A stretch of 64,000 nucleotides of DNA from Bdellovibrio sp. (GTDB taxonomy: Bacteria; Bdellovibrionota; Bdellovibrionia; Bdellovibrionales; Bdellovibrionaceae): positions 320,001 through 384,000 of the forward strand of contig JAKFBS010000002.1 in NCBI GenBank assembly GCA_036677065.1, read 5' to 3'. The notes beneath the pieces are model-generated. The model saw nothing but the letters and a program-made list of their open reading frames with translations. It had not been told where the DNA came from and ran no database searches. Made by a program: the position numbers and the translations under genes. Shown in pieces: positions 48,865 to 58,267 of the stretch (position 1 is the stretch's first letter; each line of letters begins with the position of its first letter).

Positions 48865-50014
48865 TATTTTTATGTCTAAATATGCGCTTATCTTTTTGGC
48901 TTTCGGTTTTATCGGGTGCCAACATATCGAAAAAAACAACGGTGAAAAAAAAGATCTAAAGGTAAGTGCCTTCTGGGTTCAAGATACTTTAAAAGAACCT
49001 AATGTTGGATATCGTAAGATTAATCGGTTTGCGCCGATTCTTTATAAAGACCTGATTGTTGTAGCTAACGGTCTAGAAGGACTCGTTGCCTACGATATCT
49101 TAGATAAAACTAAAAAATGGTCTATTGCGATCGATAAAGGCATTGAATCAGCAGGAACCGTGATTAATTCACGCCTTTTTGTTGGTGGTTTAAACGGAAT
49201 TTTTTATTCTATCGATTTAGATACCGCTAAAATCGTCTGGGAGTTTGATACAAGATCTGAAGTTGTTGCCGAACCCCTAATTAATGATGGATTTGTGTAT
49301 TTTTTAAGTGGATCAAACATTTTATACTGCTTAGATGCTACAAATGGCCGTCAAATCTGGGTGTATAACCGCCAAGATACAGCAACTCAAATGACTGTAC
49401 GTGGTGGCGCAAAGCCAGCCATTTCGAGTGGGCAGATTTATCAGGGTTTCAGCGATGGATCATTAGTCTCATTAAACGCAAAAACCGGAACTCCGAATTG
49501 GGAAGTTTTATTAAATCGTAATACTAAATTTAAAGATATCGATGCCAGCGCCGTGATTGAAGGCGATACGATTTATATCAACAGTTATGATGATAAATTG
49601 TACGCGGTTTCAAAATCATCTGGAACTATTTTATGGAAGTCTGAATTCGGCGGAGCAACGCCTCCGATCGTTTTTTCTGATCGTTTAGTTTACTCGTCGT
49701 CTAAAGGCCATTTAATGGTTGTAACTAAAAAGTCGGGTGAACTGATTTGGAAAGTTTCAAACTTAAAAGGCATTGCCACTGAACCTGTTTCACACAAAGG
49801 TTTAATTGCGATTGGCGAATCACAAGGCGCTGTTTTATTTTACGACCTTATCAACGGGCAGCTTAAAGGTAGCTTTGATCCAGGGCGTGGGGTTTTAGGG
49901 CGCTTAACAACAGATAAAAATAAACGTGTTTATTTTATGTCAGGTGAAGCTAATGTTTATGGTGTTTTAGTTGAGTACACGAATAAAAACTCGAACTTTT
50001 CATTTTTAGAATAG
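48854..50014 (+). CDS. bamB: BamB-like PQQ beta-propeller lipoprotein
   Basis: Lipobox IGC, repeated (A/S)LD..TG...W blades; start possibly 48872. Confidence 0.75.
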   Translation: MEHNIFMSKYALIFLAFGFIGCQHIEKNNGEKKDLKVSAFWVQDTLKEPNVGYRKINRFAPILYKDLIVVANGLEGLVAYDILDKTKKWSIAIDKGIESAGTVINSRLFVGGLNGIFYSIDLDTAKIVWEFDTRSEVVAEPLINDGFVYFLSGSNILYCLDATNGRQIWVYNRQDTATQMTVRGGAKPAISSGQIYQGFSDGSLVSLNAKTGTPNWEVLLNRNTKFKDIDASAVIEGDTIYINSYDDKLYAVSKSSGTILWKSEFGGATPPIVFSDRLVYSSSKGHLMVVTKKSGELIWKVSNLKGIATEPVSHKGLIAIGESQGAVLFYDLINGQLKGSFDPGRGVLGRLTTDKNKRVYFMSGEANVYGVLVEYTNKNSNFSFLE

Positions 50015-50021
50015 GAAATAT

Positions 50022-50438
50022 ATGAAGTTTGTTTTAGCTCTATTAATCATTGGATCTTTATTTTCATGTTCGACTAGAACATGTAAACCCAATGAAAATC
50101 TTGAACAAACTCAAGATGCAGCTGCTCAAAAAAATCTACCTATCGCGGGCGAGACGAAAATTTCACCAACAACGAATATGACAAATCAAAATAAAAAACT
50201 AAAAGTTTATAAGCCAGATGGCTCTGTTCAATGTGAACCAGGCACCGGAACTTCTGCTGCTGAAATGGCAAAACAGCTTGGTGATATCAAAGTTTATTCT
50301 TCTGAAAACAAACATGATGGTTTAATCCGTATTCAAGTCTGCGGACAGCCAACAGGTAACTGTAACGTCTTTGAAATTAACGAAGCTGATTTTGCCAAAG
50401 CTTCAATCCTTGGTTTTAAAAAGTGGAAAAGTAACTAA
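50022..50438 (+). CDS. Small Cys-containing lipoprotein
   Basis: Lipobox FSC; DGSVQCE, QVCGQPTG. Confidence 0.75.
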   Translation: MKFVLALLIIGSLFSCSTRTCKPNENLEQTQDAAAQKNLPIAGETKISPTTNMTNQNKKLKVYKPDGSVQCEPGTGTSAAEMAKQLGDIKVYSSENKHDGLIRIQVCGQPTGNCNVFEINEADFAKASILGFKKWKSN

Positions 50439-50524
50439 ATCCATCGCCGTTCGCCCAATAGCGTATCATTGTAAAACACTTAGACAGATAAGCCTTACCA
50501 GCTCAAATAGGACGGGTATAGGGC

Positions 50525-50541
50525 TTGGCCCTGGTCTCGCT
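50525..50541 (+). promoter_or_regulatory. Sigma54-like promoter
   Basis: TTGGCCCTGGTCTCGCT, GG-N10-GC, 41 bp upstream of ATG 50582. Confidence 0.55.
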
Positions 50542-50581
50542 ATTACTCCAATTGGAATTAAAACCCAATTTAGGAGCTATT

Positions 50582-51661
50582 ATGAAGTCTTCACGTTTAT
50601 TAAAGGCATTTACCCTAGGTTTTGCTTTAACTATTTCTTCTAATGCATTTGCGGCCTCTGCGCAGCAGTTATTATCTGAAGACTTACAAGCAGGGATTAA
50701 ATCTCTTCCGCGTGAAACACGTCTTTATCATTATTTCGGAATTAATCTTAACGGTAACAAATTAGAAGATACGAATTTAAAAAAAGCTAAAAACCGTTAT
50801 TCAATGGTTCAAGACCGCGTAAAATACGCAGCTGAGGGTTTTTGGAATTTAAATGACAATACAACCAGACTAGCTAATGCAGGTCTTGGTTTATACTTAG
50901 CCATTGATCCATTTGCTTCTTCTCCGGCGGCTGCACCCGATACAGGAGCTAACTTTGGTTCGACAATGGTTGAAGTTACTTTCAATGCCGGAACTAAATA
51001 TTTAGATTTAATGAAAGACATCCCGCTACGTGAAGAAACTATCCAAGCTATCGTTACTGAAACTGGAATGAGCCAAGCAGATGCTGCTAAACTTTTACTG
51101 CCCCGTAATGAAATTAAATCAAACGGGGAAACAGGCGTGGCGCATAAAGGTTTTGCGCGCGATACATTGCAATTTATGGCAGAAAAGCAAAACGCGAACT
51201 TTAGAAAATTAGTTTACGCAGTTTACTCACAATCTGGAATTGCTATGACTGAGTACGGCTGGCAAGCAGCTACGACTTCATTTTGTGGATCTACAAATCC
51301 GCACCGCTCCGCTTTAGTTTATGTCGGCGGTCCACAAACACAAAATGCAATCAAATCGGTAACAATGATTTACTGGGCTCAACATTCAGCTGAATTAGAT
51401 GCTCAGGAAGTTGAAGCTTTAGAGCGTAATAAAAAACTTTATAGCGTATTACAGCCATTACGCCCGTTAGAGAAAAGCTATCAGTCAATTGCAGATGATG
51501 CTTATAAGGCTAAAAAAGCTGGCGATAAAGCTACGGCAAAACAATTAAGCGCACAATTGCCAGAAATTATTTCGAATATCAATACAACGATCAGCTCAGT
51601 TTATTCTGATCAGGCTGAATTATTAGACCTTCGCTCTAAAACTTTTGAGTGCATGAAATAA
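50582..51661 (+). CDS. Secreted protein with ADP-ribosyltransferase-like motifs
   Basis: AGGAG SD, signal peptide ending AFA; RLYHY ... GLGLYLAIDPFASS ... FG...VEV. Confidence 0.5.
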   Translation: MKSSRLLKAFTLGFALTISSNAFAASAQQLLSEDLQAGIKSLPRETRLYHYFGINLNGNKLEDTNLKKAKNRYSMVQDRVKYAAEGFWNLNDNTTRLANAGLGLYLAIDPFASSPAAAPDTGANFGSTMVEVTFNAGTKYLDLMKDIPLREETIQAIVTETGMSQADAAKLLLPRNEIKSNGETGVAHKGFARDTLQFMAEKQNANFRKLVYAVYSQSGIAMTEYGWQAATTSFCGSTNPHRSALVYVGGPQTQNAIKSVTMIYWAQHSAELDAQEVEALERNKKLYSVLQPLRPLEKSYQSIADDAYKAKKAGDKATAKQLSAQLPEIISNINTTISSVYSDQAELLDLRSKTFECMK

Positions 51662-51680
51662 TCTTTTGAAGGATTAATTT

Positions 51681-52844
51681 ATGAAAACACTTTTAGCCAC
51701 GTTAATTTTATTTTTAGCTGCTACACAGGCTTTTGCCTGTGACGCTTCTATCGAAAAATTCTCGCGCGATTGCGGGCTGCAAGATCGTATGGCTAAAATC
51801 CGCACTGATTATGCGGCGATTGGTGTAGATGTTGATGAAATCGGCGAGTACAAAATATTGCGTTTTATTGATCGTGCTTCTTGGGAAAAAGCAAAATTAT
51901 TAAAAAAAGCACCAAATAACATTTATAATCCAGCTCCCGCTACCTGGCAGGTTTGGGAAAAAGGTATTGATTCATTATTTAAAGGCCAACAGTTAAAACA
52001 TGTTTTATTTGGCAAAATGAATTTAAATCAAAGTATTTTTTCTCGTATTAATACTGTTTTATTAACTGATGGTGTGACTAGCATTAAAGATAAAAATACC
52101 TCACAAAGCAAAAAACCGGGTGAATTTCGTCATAATAGCGATGTTGGCGTTGGCTGGTGTGCAGCCAGTGCGAACGCCAATAACTACCGTTTAAGTATCC
52201 GTAAATCTGAAGATTCAATGGAGCGTTTTCAAAAACGCTGGGAGTCTTTAATGGGTGTTCAATTTCGTGATATCGTAAAAAACGAAGATGGATCTAACTG
52301 GCGCCGAGCTGATTTGCAATCGGGTATGCATGTTACTGATGGCGCTTGCCGCGGCGGCGACGGTGTTTTTATCGGCTACAGTGATTCTGGCCAAGTTGAA
52401 AGACAAATTGATTGGATCCGTATTTTTATTAAATCTAATTTAGAAAGTTATCATCGTGGCGAACCAAAGCTTGCTCCGGTTGAATTAGCTGCCGTTGCGC
52501 AGAAATGGTTTGTCAGCGTTCATCCTTTTGCGGATGGTAACGGCCGTACATCACGTGGTGTGCAAGAATTAATTATGGCTAATTTTGGGTTACCATTTGT
52601 ACCCGGTGGCGATCTTCAAAACGATGCTATGGAAGATGTTGATGTTTATATTGAAAATACCTATAAAAAACTTGATTCAATGTTAACTCAACTTGAAATG
52701 TGTGTAAAACAACGCGCTGACTTACAAATTCCAAGAGCTTGCCGCACAATTGATGAACTAAATAATAATAGAATCTCTGATGATGAAGCTGAACAACCAG
52801 CGCCGCCGGCGCAAGAAGTTCAACAGATTCAAAACGGCGGCTAA
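51681..52844 (+). CDS. Secreted Fic-domain protein
   Basis: Signal peptide ending AFA; PGEFR and complete HPFADGNGRTSR motif. Confidence 0.88.
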   Translation: MKTLLATLILFLAATQAFACDASIEKFSRDCGLQDRMAKIRTDYAAIGVDVDEIGEYKILRFIDRASWEKAKLLKKAPNNIYNPAPATWQVWEKGIDSLFKGQQLKHVLFGKMNLNQSIFSRINTVLLTDGVTSIKDKNTSQSKKPGEFRHNSDVGVGWCAASANANNYRLSIRKSEDSMERFQKRWESLMGVQFRDIVKNEDGSNWRRADLQSGMHVTDGACRGGDGVFIGYSDSGQVERQIDWIRIFIKSNLESYHRGEPKLAPVELAAVAQKWFVSVHPFADGNGRTSRGVQELIMANFGLPFVPGGDLQNDAMEDVDVYIENTYKKLDSMLTQLEMCVKQRADLQIPRACRTIDELNNNRISDDEAEQPAPPAQEVQQIQNGG

Positions 52845-52891
52845 TCATATAATCGCCAAAGCCTGGACTGTCGTATTGTGATACATCCCTT

Positions 52892-52919
52892 GCGCAACAT
52901 AATATAACTTATCAGAAGT
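52892..52919 (-). other. dif chromosome dimer resolution site
   Basis: Minus strand ACTTCTGATAA-GTTATA-TTATGTTGCGC: 11-6-11 layout with ATAA/TTAT inner palindrome and XerD-type TTATGTT arm; intergenic. Confidence 0.75.
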
Positions 52920-53080
52920 TTATGATGGCCATCAAAAGCTTCGATTTATCACAACTAATGCTGCTAAATTTGCAGAATCCTGGTTAATCTTAATAAAAGC
53001 CTAACGTGATATTTTAAATTCATCACGTTATGACTTCTCCAAGACAAAAGTAAGACATCATCAATGGGAGATATTAAATC

Positions 53081-54220
53081 ATGCGCTTAATCTTATCTGT
53101 AGCAGCTTTTTTTCTAACAGTTCATGCGAAAGCTCAAACAACATCAGTTTCAGCGCCATTAGCGACCGCTGAATTTACGCCTTCAAATAAATTCTCTGGC
53201 GACTTTAGATATCGTCATCAAGATACAAAAGATGCTGCAAAGAAAAATCGCCGTGTTCACAGATTAATGTTGCGTGTTGGCCAAGCATTTCAAATTCAAT
53301 CTGATCTGAAATTCACATATCGCTTAATGACCGGAGCAAATAATAACAGCGGAAATACAACCATTGCCGATGGCGGGTCAACACAAGGATCACCAAGATA
53401 TACCATCGGCTTAGATCAGGCTTATCTTACTTATTTGCCAGAGCAAAACTTAAGTCTTTATCTAGGCAAAATGCCACAGTTTTTTTATAGCGCCGGAAAA
53501 AACCAGGTTATTCTTGATCGTGATATCACCCCGGAAGGTTTAGGCATTCAATTTAAAGAGTCTTTCTTAGATAAAAAATTAGATTTGAATTTAAATTTGG
53601 CTTCGTTGTGGGTGCGTGAAAAATATAATTCAACTGCCGGCGAAGATGTATCAGATTCATTTTTAAATGTTGCTCAGGCTACTTTGAATTATAAAATTAA
53701 TTCTGACTACTCTACCCACCTTGGGCTTGGTACTTATACTTTTACAGATGTTAAAGGATCAGCTCCTAATGATTTAACCATTCAAACAGCACCTGATTTC
53801 AGAGGCAATACTACTGATGGTTCAGGAAAATATCTTAATGAATATGAGATCTTACAGGCAAGCATTGAACTTAAATATGCTAAAGCTTCAAATGAAATTT
53901 CTGTGTTTTACGAACAGTTAAAAAATGGCGGAGCTGATTCATTAAACGAAGCTACGATTTTTGGAACTACAATGTCTTATGATAAATTCAGCTTAAGTGT
54001 AATGCGCCAAACTATTGAAAGTGATGCTGTATTAGCAATTTATGGCAGCGCAGACACAGCCGGCGGACAAACAAATTCACGTGGTAACGTTTATCTTTTC
54101 GGTTATAAATTAAATAAAAATGCTGTGATTAATTATTCGCTATATGATTTCGAAAGAAATGTTGAAACTAGCCCGACTGATTACAAGGTTTCACATATAG
54201 ATTTAACTGTCGTGTTTTAA
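53081..54220 (+). CDS. Putative porin (Porin_5-like beta-barrel)
   Basis: Signal peptide, GDFRYR, LDQAY, GKM, D.DI.PEG, C-terminal Phe. Confidence 0.8.
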   Translation: MRLILSVAAFFLTVHAKAQTTSVSAPLATAEFTPSNKFSGDFRYRHQDTKDAAKKNRRVHRLMLRVGQAFQIQSDLKFTYRLMTGANNNSGNTTIADGGSTQGSPRYTIGLDQAYLTYLPEQNLSLYLGKMPQFFYSAGKNQVILDRDITPEGLGIQFKESFLDKKLDLNLNLASLWVREKYNSTAGEDVSDSFLNVAQATLNYKINSDYSTHLGLGTYTFTDVKGSAPNDLTIQTAPDFRGNTTDGSGKYLNEYEILQASIELKYAKASNEISVFYEQLKNGGADSLNEATIFGTTMSYDKFSLSVMRQTIESDAVLAIYGSADTAGGQTNSRGNVYLFGYKLNKNAVINYSLYDFERNVETSPTDYKVSHIDLTVVF

Positions 54221-55159
54221 AAGTTTACGTGTAGCAATTAGCCCAAGCTCGTGAGATGACTCAGCACTTTTACCGTATTTAGGAAAAATCAGAAGTCCTG
54301 GCGCCGGAGATTTAAGTTCTTCGCCGTTAGGGGTGTAGCCTAAGATCTCCCCGTCACTCACCGGCTGAAGATTTACTAGACCCGGAAGCAGCTCAGCACT
54401 TTGATTTTGCTTCGTCAGCTGATGGGTAATTTTAAAATACGGGGTTTCAGCACTAGGTTTTGGCAAAATCAAATTCGCAAAGTTCAAATAAAACAGTTTA
54501 TCGCACATCTCGCGGGCCAAGCTTTGATCAAAACCATTTTGACTGATCTCGATCACTAACGTTGAAATCTTTGCGCTACGGGCGAACTCTGAAAGCGTAT
54601 GCCCATCACGCGAAAAGCCTTTTGCATCAAAACAAATGATAGGCCAGTCAGTACTTAAGACATGGGCCATTGAAATCATGTATCCATCTTCCGGAGCCAC
54701 AATAAACGGAGTCAATGTCGGCGCCGAGGTCTGGTGAAGATCAATAATTAGCTTCGGTCGAAGTTTAAATATTGCAGCTTCAATTTGTCGAGCACGACCG
54801 TATTCGTAGGTTTTTGTGATTTCAATATTGATTACACCTTTTGGTTTATCTCCGGCATGAAAACTACGGTTTAGATCTCGATCAATAAAACGCTCGTTTT
54901 TTTCGTACGCCTTTACGTTGTTTAGCAAGACTGCGAACGTAAATGGGGCGCTGATATTTGATTTAATTACTTTTTCTAGGAATATATTTACGGTTTGCAA
55001 GCCTATGACTTCGTTACCGTGTGTAAGTGCTGTGAATAAGATGTCTGGTGTCGGCGATGTGGTAAAACCATGGGTGTCAATTTGGCTGTAGCCCTGCAGT
55101 ACGCGGAACTGGTTGTGCAGGGTTTGGAATTTGGTTAGTTCGTCGTGATGTGAGGACAT
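54203..55159 (-). CDS. Succinylglutamate desuccinylase/aspartoacylase family (M14-like) Zn hydrolase
   Basis: THGNE, RF.DRDLNRSF, IDLH, VIE. Confidence 0.85.
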   Translation of the reverse strand: MSSHHDELTKFQTLHNQFRVLQGYSQIDTHGFTTSPTPDILFTALTHGNEVIGLQTVNIFLEKVIKSNISAPFTFAVLLNNVKAYEKNERFIDRDLNRSFHAGDKPKGVINIEITKTYEYGRARQIEAAIFKLRPKLIIDLHQTSAPTLTPFIVAPEDGYMISMAHVLSTDWPIICFDAKGFSRDGHTLSEFARSAKISTLVIEISQNGFDQSLAREMCDKLFYLNFANLILPKPSAETPYFKITHQLTKQNQSAELLPGLVNLQPVSDGEILGYTPNGEELKSPAPGLLIFPKYGKSAESSHELGLIATRKLLKHDS

Positions 55160-55168
55160 GACATAATA

Positions 55169-56632
55169 TTAAGCTGCATTTTGATCTTCGTCATCATTTT
55201 CGCAGTCTCTGCATTTAAAAATATAATGGCCTTGCTCATTTGTATCTAAAAACATTACTGCGCTAGGATGTTTAGGACACTTTTGATTATCGCTGCCTGC
55301 TAGACCAGAGTCGCTATTATCCCCATCTCTTATTTGAATCTGCGGTGCTGAAATCAATTTAAATATTGAATTTGTATCTTCATCGAAACCTTTTAGATAT
55401 TTACGACCAACATCTTCTGTCCAAAATCCTGCTTCGTTTACAATTGATGCCACTTTGTGATCAATTAATATTTGATTTGGTTCACCAATCGAGGTCAGAC
55501 GACTCGCATATGGCAATGGAACTCCAATAGCTGTAAAGGTTTTAAAGTACTTCTGATCACCATAAAAACCTACGTTAGCAAAACCTGTAGAAATACCAAC
55601 CCGAACTTGCAACTCAGACTTCCAGTGTTTCATATAAAACGATTTATCATCTTGAATAGCCTGGACAGCTTCTAATGCAGCCATACAAGTACGAGATATA
55701 AAATCAGTTCGTGCGATTGGCATATTCGAAAAGGCTAGAACTCCGTCGCCATGAAACTTATCGATAGTTAAATCATATTTTAGAAACGTAGTTAGAGTAG
55801 TATCTAGAAAGCGTGCTAAAGATAACTGCATATCTTTTTCGTCTAGCTTGGTTACTTTATCTGTAGATTTAACAATATCGATGAAAATTGCGCAAATTTC
55901 CGCCCTTTTAACATCTTCATCAATAGAAATCTGACCACCACGAATAGCTTTAATAATTTGAGGCGAAAATTGCGAAGACAATTGATGTAACTTAGTGGCT
56001 TCTTCTGTTTTTTTAATGATAACTAATTCACGTGATCTCAATTCATTTTCCAATTCGTTTTTAGCGTGAATCTCACTATTACGAAGCTTTTCATTGAAAA
56101 AACGAATAAGGGAACAAATAACAATAGATCCAACAATGAAAAATAAGTTTCCGATAGTATCCATTTTAAGATGGCCTTTAAGTATTTCTACAATAATTAA
56201 AGCCAAATAAGGGAAATAAATACCTGCCGCTGTTATAAATAAATATTTGCGGCGAAATGGAATAAAGGACAGACCACCTATTGCTATCAGGTTTAAACCA
56301 GCATAATAAGAAGTTGATGTGTCGTTGATTCTGAAAATAAGGTAATTAATCAAACCAGCGATTGATATTGCGTATACAGTTGCAATTGCTTGTGATTTTT
56401 CATAGTCATTTGATTTTCTGATTTGTCGATTAATTAGAATACAAATTGGAATAATCAAAAGTCGAACACATAGAAACTCTACAGAACGTTCTGCATAGAG
56501 CACTATATCTGCAAACCAAAAAACTAAAAAAAGAGGAACAGCCATCCAATTCGAAATCAGTCGAATAATCGACTGAACTTCGGCATTGTGAACCTGATCT
56601 CTCTTTTTGAAGTAATTCGAGCTTGTAGTCAT
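55169..56632 (-). CDS. Multi-TM receptor class III adenylate/guanylate cyclase with C-terminal Zn-ribbon-like tail
   Basis: About 6 TM with YYAGLNL; FIDIV, IDKFHGDG, RVGI..G, FTAIG, ASRL; CPKH...CRDC. Confidence 0.88.
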   Translation of the reverse strand: MTTSSNYFKKRDQVHNAEVQSIIRLISNWMAVPLFLVFWFADIVLYAERSVEFLCVRLLIIPICILINRQIRKSNDYEKSQAIATVYAISIAGLINYLIFRINDTSTSYYAGLNLIAIGGLSFIPFRRKYLFITAAGIYFPYLALIIVEILKGHLKMDTIGNLFFIVGSIVICSLIRFFNEKLRNSEIHAKNELENELRSRELVIIKKTEEATKLHQLSSQFSPQIIKAIRGGQISIDEDVKRAEICAIFIDIVKSTDKVTKLDEKDMQLSLARFLDTTLTTFLKYDLTIDKFHGDGVLAFSNMPIARTDFISRTCMAALEAVQAIQDDKSFYMKHWKSELQVRVGISTGFANVGFYGDQKYFKTFTAIGVPLPYASRLTSIGEPNQILIDHKVASIVNEAGFWTEDVGRKYLKGFDEDTNSIFKLISAPQIQIRDGDNSDSGLAGSDNQKCPKHPSAVMFLDTNEQGHYIFKCRDCENDDEDQNAA

Positions 56633-56635
56633 TAA

Positions 56636-58105
56636 TTATTTTTTCGTCATCACTGCAAAAATATTAACTCCAAGAGGCTCTTGCTCAATTACACAAGTTT
56701 TACTTTGTGCTGTGAACATATTTTTCAAATCTTCTTTAGAACGATAAATTAAAATCCAATCCAATACATACTCCATAAACGGAACACACGGATTTTCTTT
56801 ACTAAAATTACCGATAATAACGTGACCATCTGGCTTAATTGCATTTAGCATTTGATTAGCGGTAGCTTGCGCAACTGGTTCTGTGAAGTAATCAAATAGA
56901 CCTGCTGAATAAATTAAATCATAATCCTTTTCTTCTATACCTTTTCCGATAATATTTCTAATAGCTAAATTTTCATATCTGAATTTGAAACCAGATTGAA
57001 CTTGTCGATCAATGGTTAACATTTGACGTTGAGCATGTTTTAATGACTCTTCATCTTGGTCAATGCAGTGAAATTCAATATTTAAACCATGAAATTCTGG
57101 ATTGTTTCTTACAAATAACTGTTGTTCCATCGCTGGACCACTGGCTATTGAAAGAATTTTTATTTTCTTTCCAGAACCCTTAACTTTTACAACTTCTTTA
57201 ATTTTTTGCTCTAAGTACGCACCACGATTTTTAACTGCATTGCCCGCTGGTTCATCAATAAAATATTTATGCATACATTGATCGAATAATGTCGCCCCAA
57301 CCATTTCATTGCGGTAAAGATGATTCATCATCTCATAATCACCAGCATATCCTCTTGGCTTATTATAAGCTCTACTTGCGAATGGAGCTCCGTAAACGAA
57401 CTGTCCAATTTCTTTTCTGATAAAACCAGTGCAGATATCGTTATCTTCTTTACTTAAATTCTTTAAATAAACAGGGATATCTTTGTAAACTGCTGGTAAG
57501 AACTTGCCTAAATAATCAGACATCGTATCAGCTATAGTAAGTCGATATTCTTCATTAGCCTTAGCGTCGTCCAGAGGTGCAGATTTTTCCAAATTGTCGA
57601 TTTGTTGCTTTAAATTCAAAAACCAATTTTTTAGATCGTAAACAGCCATGCGGAATTTTTCTGGAATTTTTAACGAAGTCATCGTTAGAGTTTCTTGATT
57701 AGCAATAATCATAGAAGCTTCGTTGATAGCCTGACATCTTTCTACTTTGAATGGCTCACCTAATGTTTCAAGACCCACTTCATAGCGGCCCTCTGCAACT
57801 TTGTCGATACGAATCGGCTTCAATGCAACAGTTTGAGTTTCTACATTCTTATAAACTAATTTAAATAAATTGGTTACAGAACTTTCCATATATTTACTAA
57901 GGTTTTGCGCAGATGCTTCATCTACTAATACACCACAGCCAAATGAACTTAAATTTGTGACTTCATAAGACTGATTATTGTGAACGATAAAACATTCTTT
58001 CGGATCAACAAACCATCTGTCCTGACGGATAATTTTTTTTCTATTGGCGATCTGTTGATCTAGGACTAAAAAGCCCTCTTGTTGTAATTTGACATTTTGA
58101 CTCAT
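56636..58105 (-). CDS. PilZ-like + class I SAM methyltransferase (PhcB-like)
   Basis: RQDR and NLSSFG PilZ motifs; KPRGYAGDYEMM, ILSIASGPA, DQD, YSAGLFDY, GNF, DW.LIYR. Confidence 0.8.
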   Translation of the reverse strand: MSQNVKLQQEGFLVLDQQIANRKKIIRQDRWFVDPKECFIVHNNQSYEVTNLSSFGCGVLVDEASAQNLSKYMESSVTNLFKLVYKNVETQTVALKPIRIDKVAEGRYEVGLETLGEPFKVERCQAINEASMIIANQETLTMTSLKIPEKFRMAVYDLKNWFLNLKQQIDNLEKSAPLDDAKANEEYRLTIADTMSDYLGKFLPAVYKDIPVYLKNLSKEDNDICTGFIRKEIGQFVYGAPFASRAYNKPRGYAGDYEMMNHLYRNEMVGATLFDQCMHKYFIDEPAGNAVKNRGAYLEQKIKEVVKVKGSGKKIKILSIASGPAMEQQLFVRNNPEFHGLNIEFHCIDQDEESLKHAQRQMLTIDRQVQSGFKFRYENLAIRNIIGKGIEEKDYDLIYSAGLFDYFTEPVAQATANQMLNAIKPDGHVIIGNFSKENPCVPFMEYVLDWILIYRSKEDLKNMFTAQSKTCVIEQEPLGVNIFAVMTKK

Positions 58106-58129
58106 GGTGCCTCCGCAATCTGCTGTTCT

Positions 58130-58156
58130 TTATCGAAATTTAATCCATCGAATTCA
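58130..58156 (-). promoter_or_regulatory. Possible sigma28-type promoter of the methyltransferase-cyclase operon
   Basis: Minus strand TGAA-N15-TTCGATAA. Confidence 0.4.
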
Positions 58157-58267
58157 ACAGGGCGAAAGTCTAGAGATGTGTAGAGTCCTTAACAAGATTA
58201 CATTTTGTGTTTCATTTAATTACAGAATGCCAGACATAAAAATAAAAAAGACTCTAACAAGGTTGAT

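Noticed and set aside
50525..50581. TTG start for the ART-like gene
   Set aside because: This stretch is the sigma54-like promoter and SD; ATG 50582 yields a clean signal peptide
54203..58105. Pycsar/CBASS-type anti-phage system around the cyclase
   Set aside because: The cyclase has a membrane receptor domain and purine-type specificity residues, and no cNMP-binding TIR/TM effector is adjacent
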